Both the position numbers and the translations under genes were made by a program. Source: Camelus ferus (taxonomy: Eukaryota). Taken from it: 64,000 nucleotides of DNA. The notes under the pieces were generated by a model. The model was not told the DNA's origin. It saw only the letters and a program-made list of their open reading frames with translations, and searched no databases. The stretch spans positions 64,110,001 through 64,174,000 of the forward strand of contig NC_045696.1 of NCBI RefSeq assembly GCF_009834535.1. Direction: 5' to 3'. This document shows positions 26,855 to 37,399 of the stretch, piece by piece. Every line of letters starts with the position of its first letter. Within the stretch, counting starts at the first letter, position 1.

Positions 26855-27250
26855 GTTGTATTTTGTATCTTTGGGCTGCAACAGAAACCACAAACAACAG
26901 TGGCTTTATGAAGAACATTTAATTGTATGTTTAACGAGGCCTCTAGAGCTAGGTAGTCCCTAGCTTAGTTCTGTGGCTTCAGGGAATCATGAGGATCTGA
27001 GCCTTTTTATTCTTTTCTCCACCTTCATCAACATGGTGATTTTCATCTTTCTCATGATCTAAAGATGGTTGTCATGCTCCAAGCATTGCATCCTCACATA
27101 TCATTTTTTCAAGGGAAGAAGAAAGTGAAGGAAACAAAAGAGTTCTCTCTCTTTGTCAGTAAGACATTCTTTCCCAGGAGACTTCTGCCCCAGGCTGTCT
27201 CTCCCTCATATTGCACTGCTGAGAACGGGGTCACATGCCCCCTCTAAGAC
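26855..27250 (-). mobile_element. MaLR LTR (MLT1-like) about 0.7 kb upstream of ATP13A5
   Basis: gctgcaacagaaacc…aacagtggcttta…aagatggttg…ggtcacatgccc. Confidence 0.55.
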
Positions 27251-27769
27251 ACGTGGTGACTCATCCTTGGTGCTGTCATCTGAAGTCATGCTGCTAAGTC
27301 AAAGCAGGTGCTAGAGTTGGGCTTTTTTCAAACATCACCTTAGAGCCTTATATCAACTCTCTCCTTATTGTTGACATGTGGCATGTTAGAAACCTGAAAT
27401 TCAGATTTTAAGTGATTTGTCCAGGGTCATCAGTAGATCAGGGATTAGAATTCAGATTTTCTTGATTCTAAAATGATCCCTCCATTCCCTGTCACGAACC
27501 AAACACCCTTCCTTCAATTTTCCTTGTCACCCCCCAATATGCCCATTACTTTTCCAAAGTCTGTGTGGTTTTTACTCATCTCTCACTGGTTGGCCTTTTT
27601 GTCTCAGATGTTTGGCAAAGTGTCCATTCCCATTCTTTGGCTGAGACATTTATGGACAGCACATGAAATTATTTATCTTCCTAGTTCAACAACTTAAGTC
27701 TGCAGGTACTCACATCTAGCTCAGCACATAAATACTAAGAATTAAAAAAAAAAAAAAAGAGGTTAGATT

Positions 27770-27960
27770 AACAGACCAATCCCGCGACTAAGGAAAGTAT
27801 TTCCTCTCTCTCCTTTGTTAGACTAATAGGTAAGGCGTGTGCTAAGAGATTTTTAAAAGCACCTGGGGACAGCAATGACAAGTAGTGATTGTTCCGAGTT
27901 CACCTGATCCCTGGTGGTTTTGACATTTCCCCAAGGAATTAGCCAACAGGACCGGTTTAG
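27770..27960 (+). promoter_or_regulatory. Putative ATP13A5 proximal promoter and 5' UTR (no CpG island)
   Basis: CCAAT at 27776-27780, TATA-like TTTAAAA at 27852-27858, CACCTG E-boxes at 27860 and 27901, directly upstream of the start codon. The TSS cannot be determined from sequence. Confidence 0.45.
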
Positions 27961-28023
27961 ATGGAGGAGAAAAGCTGGAAGGACCATCGGGCTGTGCTCA
28001 ACCCAGGAGAAGAGAATGAACTG
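27961..28023 (+). CDS. ATP13A5: ATP13A5 coding exon 1 (MEEKSWKDHRAVLNPGEENEL)
   Basis: ATG at 27961; donor CTG|gtgagt. Resembles the recalled ATP13A5 N-terminus (MEENSKKDHRALLNQGEEDEL). Phase 0. Confidence 0.92.
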
Positions 28024-29052
28024 GTGAGTCTTCCTTTCTTTTCATTATAGTCTCCTCACAGTGCCAGCGGCTGTGGGCAGGGGTTCCTTGGGATGGGACT
28101 GGCTTTAGGACCTGGAGAGGTTTAGGTCTGCTACAGCTCCTTGAAAAGCACAAGGCACAATTTTCTGCTGGGGGAAGCTACAGGGGTGAGAAAGTTGTGT
28201 CTTCTAGATGATGGTGTTCTTGTCTCCTGAATTATTGGACCCGTGATGCTCCCTCCTCAAACATTTTGCAGAGTAGTCGGGGTACACGTCTACAGGGTAC
28301 TCACTGAGGTGTGCCCCCTTATCATCTGGCACTCCATGCAATTCCACAAGTTCAGGCAAAAACTGAAGCTCTTTTTTTTTTAAATTAAAAAAAGGTTCTT
28401 AGTGTATCTGCATAACTTAGAGTCAAAGTGCTTTGGGCTGAAATCATGCCTTATAAAAACATGGAGAGATTATAAGCAACAAGTCCTAGAGAAGGAATAG
28501 AGCATGGCCTGGGATTTAGGACTTAGTAAAAACAAACAAAGAAAAGTTCTCACTTCTCCGATTCTTTTCCTACTGCCCCTTCCACCAAACATGTAAATCT
28601 TGAAAAAATAATCATTAAAAGCTTGAAAACTCCTACAATGTCTATTTGGTGCCAAAGAGTTTACATTTATTATTTGATTCTTAGGACTCCAGGAAGGAAT
28701 TAATACTAGTCCATAGAAAAGAAACCTGAGACTTGGGAGGTTAAGTAACTTGCCCAAGGTTCTCAGCCTGCCAGGGAGGGGCTGGGAAGCCATTGCACCC
28801 TTTCCCCCTCCACACCCAGCGCAGTTTACACTGCAGGGGTGTCTCCAGTTGGGCAATGAGAAAGGGAGACAAAGAGAGAGGGGGGCACCGGAGGGCACAA
28901 AGGAACCCAGAGGACGTGGTTCCTACATCAGGAGGGAGTCAGTTTCCTGCCTGATGTTCCCAGTTCCCAGCGAGATCTGCGGGAAATCCAGACCCACTCT
29001 CTCCCCACCTGCCCGCATTTGCTAACCGATGGAAAATAAGTGATTTCACTTA

Positions 29053-29310
29053 GACCTGTCTGTCCAATAAGGCAGCCACTGGCTTCATGTGGTTTTAGAA
29101 AAGGAGTTGATCCCAGTTGAAATGTGCTATAGTGCAAAATACACACAGGAGTTTGAAGACTTAGTTTAAAAATGTGTAAAATCTCTCATTAATACTTTTT
29201 ATTGAAATGACAATGTTTGGGATACGTTGGGTTAAATAAAACATTAGGAAAGTTAATTTCATCTGCTGCCTTTTACTTCTTTAATGTGGCTTCTGGGAAA
29301 TTTAAATTCC
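29053..29310. mobile_element. MER3/MER33-like hAT MITE
   Basis: ctgtccaataaggcagccactggcttcatgtgg…gaaatgtgctatagtgcaaaatacaca…tttgaagacttagt. Confidence 0.7.
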
Positions 29311-32300
29311 AAAAGGGGCTTTTGGGGGACTTGCCTTACCGAACCCCACTGACCTTGACAGTGATATGGTGCTCTGAAATCCTCGGACTGAAGGGAGGCA
29401 AAGAGTTAAGACCCACTCACCTGTGTTCTCCACCCAACGCCTCTGTGCCAGTTCTGATGGTTTTTTTCAAACGTGCGGATGAGCGTGCGGAAAACCCTGG
29501 CTGCTTTTTATTTTTTCTCCATGCAAGTGCTGTGTTTGTAAAGCTTAGAGCTTGGTGTTTCCATCCTCTCCATTACAGAGGGGGCGTGGGTATCAAAGGA
29601 TTAAATAACAGGTCAGGTGCCACAGTTTTCTTCATTTTTGTTGATGACCAAGTAATTCTAGAGCGATCCACCAAGAAGCTCTGTGAGGACTCCCACGAGG
29701 CTTGCCTCACCGTCGTGGCATGGGCATGCGGGGGACGGGGAGTGGCTTTAGACCTCTCTCTCCTTCCCAGTAAATCTTACTCGGGAGCCTGGGCAGAGAT
29801 CGCAGATGCAAATCTTACTCTGGCCGGATCAGGAAATTGGATGAGGTAGGTAGGCCTTGGGGCACAGGGGTGACCTAGATAGACGGGCTGAGAGGAAGCT
29901 GCCCCTACCTCTGGGCAACTGCCATCCTGTAAGTCACAGGCTCACTGCTGACAGATCTTCCAGTTTGAAAGGGAAGCTGGAAATCTGTATGCTTATGTGA
30001 AATAGCCTTCTTACAAATTTTGGAATTTTTTTTTAAGATAATCAGTAGGCCAAACTCCACTGGGGTCTGGTCTAGTCCCAGGCTTTGGGGGCTGTCGGTC
30101 TGTGACATTACGACCTCTCTCCACTTGCTCTTCTTTTCCAGAAGGTTCCCCATGGCCCAATCTGACTTCTATTTACGGTCATCACTTCATGTGAACTAGC
30201 ACAGTGATTGTGTGAGAGGATTTGAGGACAAATGACCTCCATGGATGGAGAGGGCCTGTGAGATTATCCACTGCAGTCTTGGGTTATTTTGCTGAGCCAA
30301 CCGCAGATATCAGGCAAGATTTAAGGCCTGGCAGGAGCCTCCAGAGTTGAACCTTGCTGTCATGTCTCCTGTATTCTGGTCCCTACTCCTCCAGGAGGGG
30401 AGCAGCTAATATTTCCTGTGCCCGCTCGATGCTGGGTGCTTGACAAGCAATATTTCACATCACCCTCTCAGCAGCCCACGTGATCGATACCCTCACTGTA
30501 CTGGCCCTCACTGTCCTCCCCCACATCCTCCTCCACTCCCCACCCTCCTCACTCCTACCTGGCTCCAGTCGTCTCTTTTTCCTCCACTTGTCTTTTTCCT
30601 CAAAGAATTTCCTTTTTTTCTACTCCAGTGTTTCACCAGCCGCTCCATTCATGGTCAGCTTTTCTTATATTCTCTTGAGAACCCACAGTTTCACAAACAG
30701 CCCAGAGCATCCTTCACAACACCAGACCCTCAGTGAGCCTGGAGCCTTTGGGCTGTACAGTGCAGTGCCTAATGGGAATGGGAGCTGTTCTCTGGCAGAC
30801 CTGGGTTTGAATTCTGGTCCTGTCGGGTGACATATTTCACGTCGCTGAGTCCTTTGTAAAGTGGGGATAGTGATACTTACCATTCAGAATCCGGGTGAGG
30901 ATTCAATGAGGAAAGACAGCCTTTCCAAAAATATCTTCTGTAATACAACATTGTTAATGCGTTTTATTACATTAAAGTCTCACTTTTCTCCTCAGCAATT
31001 CGGTTTGAGAAATACTAGATGAAACAGGTAGGCGGATAACAGCAGGGCCTGTCAGAGCCTTTGGTCTACCTTGCACTCTCTAACAGGGGCATTGCAGTGT
31101 GCTCTGTTTCACGTGTATCCATGGAAGCCTTCCTCGTGTGTGTGTGTGTGCGCATGTGTGCGTGCAGATTCCTTCGTGACTACTGCTCCATGGAACCACC
31201 ATAGGAAAGGCTGGGATGTTCTCAATGAATGTTTGGTATCATTTTAGCCTTATTATTACTCCTCTAGGAGAAAAAAAGTCATTATATCTCACCTCTGCCA
31301 GGCAAACTATGTGCACCATGGCCTCTGTTTCAGGATCCTCTCTGGACACACTTGCATTTACTTTCTGGAGATGGTCTTGATTCTGCCCCTGAGACAGGAG
31401 AGCTGCTTTGTTCACATCAGTTGCCAAGTCCAATCATTCCGTCCGTGCACCGCCTCTGCACAGATACCCACCAAGCTAGTGTAAAATTACAAGTGGGAGC
31501 AGCCCCAGAAGGCACGGTGGCTGCTGGGTGTGCAGGACACGGGTCCGATGGGAGGGCACTTCCCTTCGTGGTAACTTTTTCCTGGGAAACAGTGCAGGAG
31601 CTCTGGACTTCAGACAGCAGATCCTAGTCAAGGCTGCCCTGCTGACCGTGTGGCTATGGACAAATTTTTGGACCTGGCTAGTTGCCTGAGAATGACATCA
31701 CTGGCCCCTCTGACTCACAAAGTTCACGAGGGTCACATAAGAAATGGGGAAAGTGCTATGAAAACGTAAAGGGTCAATTTACATGGAGTCAGGAGTTGTG
31801 CCCTTTAAAAATGAATATTAATATCGATGTGCAGTGAGATTGATGTTGACGCTATTGCCATTGTCTCTGAGGAAACCTGGGGAGGGGTAACTTTTTGAGG
31901 TCTACCATTCCAAAAGCAGGGTCTGAAGAGCTGGTAAGAAAAATCAGGAATTTTGAACATCTGAATTCTTTTAAACACTGTCATGTACTCCTCATTTTCC
32001 ATGAAAGGACAAACAAAACAAACCAAAACTCAAGGGACTAAAACTGAAAATTTAAAAGTGAGCCTTATTGTCTCTTTCCTGTGTTTAGTCACTATTTAAA
32101 TTAACGGCTTGGATGAAGGCAAGTTTATCTAATCCTCAACTGATACCTCACCATGAGGGAGAGAGAACAATATAAGTGACAGGATCCAGATTCAAAAAGT
32201 TTTCTAGGCTGGATTGTAGAGGAGAAATTGGCAAAATGGAGTGTAACAGGCCTCAGTATTGAGTTTTTAAGTTATTATCAAAAGACAAAATGAGGTTTTC

Positions 32301-32653
32301 AAAGACTTGGTCTTAGTAGCTATGCATGAAAAAGTGCTTTATTTTGTAACTGGATTTTAGTTGCCATATATATGATATAACCATAAAAAATTAGTCCTTA
32401 GATATCTTGTTAAAGTCTGTTCTGCAGAAGAGAAGAAATAAGTTATAATTTATATAAGAACTGTTTAAACTATAATTTATATAAAAACTGTTTAAACTAT
32501 ATAAGAATCATTTAAAAGACATTGGGAATAGTCCCCCAAAGATCAGTTATGGTAGTTACATTCCAGTAGTTGAGAGGCTGATGTGGAGAGCAGAGTAGAA
32601 GTTGGCAGAGCTCAGCCTGATTTATTTTCCTTATGAAAGCCCTTCCAAACATC

Positions 32654-34074
32654 TGTGGTGGTAGAATCGTAACATAACCCCTCTCCGATGAGCTTTGCCT
32701 TTGTACAGTCCCCTCCGGTCGAGTGTGGGCAGCACTCAGAAATATAATGAGCTTTATAATTCCTGTAATTGGGTTATGTTGCATGGCAAAAAGGGATTTA
32801 CAAATAATAGATGCTGGAGAGGGTGTGGAGGAAAGGGAACCCTCCTATTCTGTTGGTGTGGATGTAAATTGGTGCAGCTGCTGTGGAAAACAGTATAGAG
32901 GTTCCTTAAAAAACAAAAAGTAGAGCTACCATATGATCCAGCAATCCTTTTCCTGGGTATATATCCCTAAAAGATGAAAACTCTAATTCAAAAATATATA
33001 TGCACCCCAATGTTCATAGCAGCAATATTTACAACCCAAGTGCCCATCAACAGATGACCGGCTTAAGAAGATGCGGTGTGTGTATATATATAATATATGA
33101 ATATATAATAATAGTAATATATTATATATTATAGTAATATATTACTATAATAATATTAATAATACATATAATATATATATTACTCAGCCGTGGAAAAGAA
33201 TGAAACATTGTCATTTGCAGCAACATGATTGGACCTAGAGAATATTATACTAAATGAAATAAGCCAGACTGAGAAAGACAAATATTATATGATATCACTT
33301 ATATGTGGAATCCAAAAAAATAATACAAATGAATCTGTATACAAAACAGAAACAGACTCACAGACAGAAAACAAACTTACAGTTACCAAAGGGGGAGAAG
33401 GAGGGAGGGACAAATTAAGAGTATAGGATTAACAGATCTAACTACTATACATAAAATAGATAAGCAACAAGGATTTACTGTATAGCACAGGGAATTATAT
33501 TCAAGATCTTGCAATAACGTATAATAAAATATAATCTGAAAAAAATAACTGAATCACTTTTCTGTACATCTGAAACTAACACAGTATTGTAAATCAACTA
33601 TACTTCAATTTAAAAAAAAAAAAGGGAGAGTATCTGGATGGTCCTGACCTAATCAGGTGAGCCCAGGAAAGAAACTGGGCCCTTCCTGAAGTCATAGAGA
33701 TTCAAAGCATGAGAGGGATTTGATGCCAGGGAGGTTTTCTATTGCATCTTTGAAGACAGATGTTTCAGTGTGGCAAGGAGCTCTAAGTGTTCTCTAAGAC
33801 CTGAGAACTGAGAGTAGCTTCTGGCTGACACCCAGCAAGATAATGGGGACTTCTGTTTTAAAATTACAAGCAACTGAATCCTGCCAACAACAACGTGATC
33901 TTGAAAGAGATCTTTGATCTCCAGAAGGAGCACAGCCCAAACAACACCTCATTTTTTTCTTGCAAGGCATTGAGCGGAGGACCCAGCTAACCAGACCTAA
34001 CCCACGGGAACTGTGAGACAGTAAATCTGGGTTATTTCAAGCCACCTATTATGCAGCAATAGAAAACGAATACA
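32654..34074 (+). mobile_element. MLT1 (MaLR) solo LTR interrupted by an L1
   Basis: Begins tgtggtggtagaat and ends gcaatagaaaacgaataca. 5-bp TSD acatc/ccatc. Confidence 0.8.
32799..33620 (+). mobile_element. L1 ORF2 end and 3' UTR
   Basis: ORF track fragments ([35 protein letters not shown]) are L1 ORF2 C-terminal region; poly(A) tail present. Confidence 0.92.
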
Positions 34075-34563
34075 CCATCACAGCTGTCCAGCAAGCAAAG
34101 GTGCAGCCCTGGCAGGTAGTAAGCAGCCTATCTTAAGCAGACAATAGATGCTCATCTGTGAAGGATGGTATACAGCTATTTTTCCCAAGAGAGAAATTTG
34201 AACCAAATTATTCCTGAGACACCCCTGCTGTTTAGCAATGCTCTTATTCTACAGATAACTTTTAACAGAACATGCCATGTTGTCCCATGCCTTTGATGTA
34301 GGGCAAATTTTGGTTCCAGAAATGGTCCTGCTAATCAGCCCACGCCTCTCATTACCTTTAGATGTACACTTAATGCTCTCTTGCCATTAGCCTCATCAAA
34401 CAAAGGTCCTTGGTTGCACTTTTACTTCCAGGAAGACCACGTGGTAGCACTTTTGCTGTAGTGATGCTAGCTGACTTTATGGGCATGCGTACAGGTGAGA
34501 GTAACAAGATGTTCATCTCTTTGGTACTGGGCTCTGATTCACACTTCTAAAGAGTGGATGGCC

Positions 34564-34716
34564 AACAAAATCCTACTGCATAGCACAGGGAACTATATAA
34601 AGTGTCTTGTAATAATCTATAATAAAAAATATGAAAAAGAATATGTGTATATGTGAACCACTATGCTGTATACCAGAAACTAACACAACAGAGTAAATTG
34701 ACTATAGGTTAATAAC
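34564..34716 (+). mobile_element. Severely 5'-truncated L1 with TSD
   Basis: TSD aaagagtggatggcc (34549-34563) and aaagagtgaatggcc (34717-34731). Confidence 0.8.
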
Positions 34717-36354
34717 AAAGAGTGAATGGCCTTTCTTACTCCAGAAAGAAAGCATTAGAGGAACATTTAATAGGTTAAACTATTTCCATAATTATTTTGA
34801 ACTTCTTCAAGATTCACTTTCTTTGATCTACAAATAATGATAACATAAAAATTATTAATAATAATACTTATTTCAAAAAGTAATCATGTCTATTTCATAG
34901 GCTTGTTGTGAGGATTAAATGGCAGCTAAGTAAACGTCCGGAAAGGATCATTCTTATTGTCAAATGTAGACAAAAGTGAAAGGACTCAAGACATTTTATC
35001 CTTACTCAAAAGGCACTGCATGACATGAATGTGGGGCAAAATATGGGGAACTATAATTAACAGTGCTTGGCAGCTAGTGATAACTAACACAAATCACTGC
35101 ATGTGGCCAAACCAAACTAGCAATAGACAACTGAGGGACAATAACCAATAACATGATTCATTACCTAGAGACAATATTATCCTAGCATTAAAGAAAAGAA
35201 CCTTGAAACATGGCAGAGTTCAAGATAAGAGAGCTGAGCTTTAAGAATGTCCTCCCATTTAACACATAAAAGAACACAATTTGGCATGTCCAGATAAAGA
35301 CAACAAAGCGGAGATTGTGAATAATGAATAGAAACTCGGTGCAGGAATTGTTGTTAAAAAAAAAAAAGAAGATAAAACATGATGAATTCTAGCTTCATAA
35401 AAGAACATAGAGATATTATCTCCTTGGCCATGATTCAATGGACTAAAAGTCTGAGGCCTACACAGAAAAAGCTAACTTACTCTAAGTCTGTTGGAACATT
35501 CTCACTAGAAGAAGAGCCTGACAGGTCACAGCAAAAAACTGGTGTTGCCACCCACAGAAGAGAACTGCAGTCCTGAGAGTTATTTAGGTTGTGTCCTGGT
35601 TGAGTAAAGAAGTTTGTTAACTTTGTGCTGTAAGAATCTCGTTTGAATAAGTGAAAGCGTTATGAACTGCAACCCACAAGCCCTGTTCCAAAACATTTGA
35701 ATCAGCACTTTACACGGTATGCAAAGTAGTGGGTATGCAACAAATATTTCAGATGGAGAAACACACGTATAGTGAACATAAGAATGAGAGTATTTACAAA
35801 GACTCAAAAATACCTGGTCACAAGACCTGTGGTTCATAAATGCTAGTGCTCCAGACATGATAAAAATTCTGGAAAAAGACAAGGAGACCCCAAGGGATGG
35901 TTCCATAAGACTAAGAGGATCCCGCCAAAAGCAATTTGGAGAAGAAAAACCATGTTTAGGTGAAGCTGCACCCTGTATTTCTCCTTTCCTGAGGAATATG
36001 GCCATTCTTAGTTCTGTCTCTGATGGCAGCTGTCAGAACTACCTCTAAAGAAAAGAAAAAAAATGATTTTAAAAGGGTCCTTTAAGTGCTAGTACTTCAT
36101 GTATATTTTCATTTAATCCCTATGAGTTAGTCACTCAGATACCCATTTACAGCTGAGGAAATTGAGGCTCGGTTAAGTAACATACAAAAGGTCACATTAT
36201 AAGCAACAGAAGGAGGATGCTCTATCACACTGTTTACCTCCTATAGAAGTGAAGGATGATTGTACTGGCTCGTGTGTGTGTGCACTGGTGTGTGTAGTTG
36301 CTACATCTAGTTAATTTTGTAATCAATTTGGTGTTTATCTTAAAGCCTTTCTCC

Positions 36355-37399
36355 CTTCCTCAAAAGACTAGGAATAGACTTACCATATGACCCAATAAGC
36401 CCACTCCTGGGCATATATCCAGAAGGAACCCTAATCCAAAAAGACACCAGCACCCCAATGTTCACAGCAGCACTATTTACAACAGCCAAGTCATGGAAAC
36501 AGCCTAAATGTCCACTGACAGATGACTGGATAAAGAAGCTGTAGTATATTTACACAATGGAATACTATTCAGCCATAAAAATGACAACATAACGCCATTT
36601 GCAGCAACATGGATGTCCCTGGGGAACGTTATTCTGAGTGAAGTAAGCCAGAAGGAGAAAGAAAAATACCCTATTATATCACTCAGATGTGGAATCTAGG
36701 AAAGAAGAAGACGAAGAAGAAGAAGAAGAAGAAGAAGAAGAGAGGAAGAAGAAGGAAGAAGAAGAAGAAGAAGAAGAAGAAGAAGAAGAAGACAGAGAAG
36801 AAGAGAAGAAGAAGAAGAGAGGAAAGAGAAGAGGAGAATGAGCTCCTCGCCGCCTCCTCCTCTTACGTTCCTGCTCTCCTTCTCCCTCAGGGACCGGCCC
36901 ACCTCTCCCCTCCGTCTACCTCCTGACCTCTCTCCTCCCCTGCCCCAGGCATACGACCGGCCTCCTCGCCTGCATCTTCCCCCTCTGACTCCCAGCCTCC
37001 CACAGAGGAGAAGAAAGAGAAGAAGGAGAAGAAGACAAATGAACTTAAATATAAAACAGAAACAAACTCATAGACATAGAATACTAACTTGTGGTTGCCA
37101 GGGGGGAGGAGGGGTGGGAAGGGACAGACTGGGAGTCCGAAATTTATAGATACTGACATATATATAGATAAACAAGTTTATATTGTATAGCACAGGGAAT
37201 ATATACAAGATCTTGTGGTAGCTCATAGTGAAAAAGAATGTGGAATGAATACATGTGTATTCACGTATGACTGAAAAATTGTGCTCTACACCGGAAATTG
37301 ACACAGCATTGTAAACTGACTATAACTCAATAAAATAAAAATAAAAAATTTAAATAAATAAGTAAATATATAAATAAATAGATAAATATAAAAAAAAAA
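36355..37399 (+). mobile_element. Young lineage-specific L1 3' end with internal GAA expansion
   Basis: L1 ORF2-end and 3' UTR; AATAAA at 37329; TSD aaagcctttctcc (36342-36354) and aaaggctttctcc (37400-37412). Confidence 0.9.
36699..36838. repeat. Interrupted (GAA)n purine tract, ~140 bp
   Basis: Direct reading; source of the poly-Lys/poly-Leu ORFs in the track. Confidence 0.95.

Larger units (their letters stand above)
32090..34180 (+). mobile_element. L3/CR1 LINE remnant, split by the MLT1 LTR
   Basis: Degenerate RT-like text (ttaacggcttggatgaaggc…acaggatccagattcaaaaag…). The 3' segment cttccaaacatc|acagctgtccagc…ggcaggtagtaagc continues across the LTR. Confidence 0.55.

Noticed and set aside
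27951..27960. AG immediately before the ATP13A5 ATG as a splice acceptor for an upstream non-coding exon
   Set aside because: No real polypyrimidine tract, and promoter-like motifs lie directly upstream. It cannot be fully excluded without transcript data.
29217..29849. Longest ORF in the window (210 aa)
   Set aside because: Begins at a TTG inside a MER3/MER33-like element, has no recognisable protein features, and does not fit the ATP13A5 protein, since exons 1 and 2 join correctly without it.
36687..37159. Poly-Lys/Arg and poly-Leu ORFs
   Set aside because: Translations of the GAA tract and adjacent low-complexity insert.
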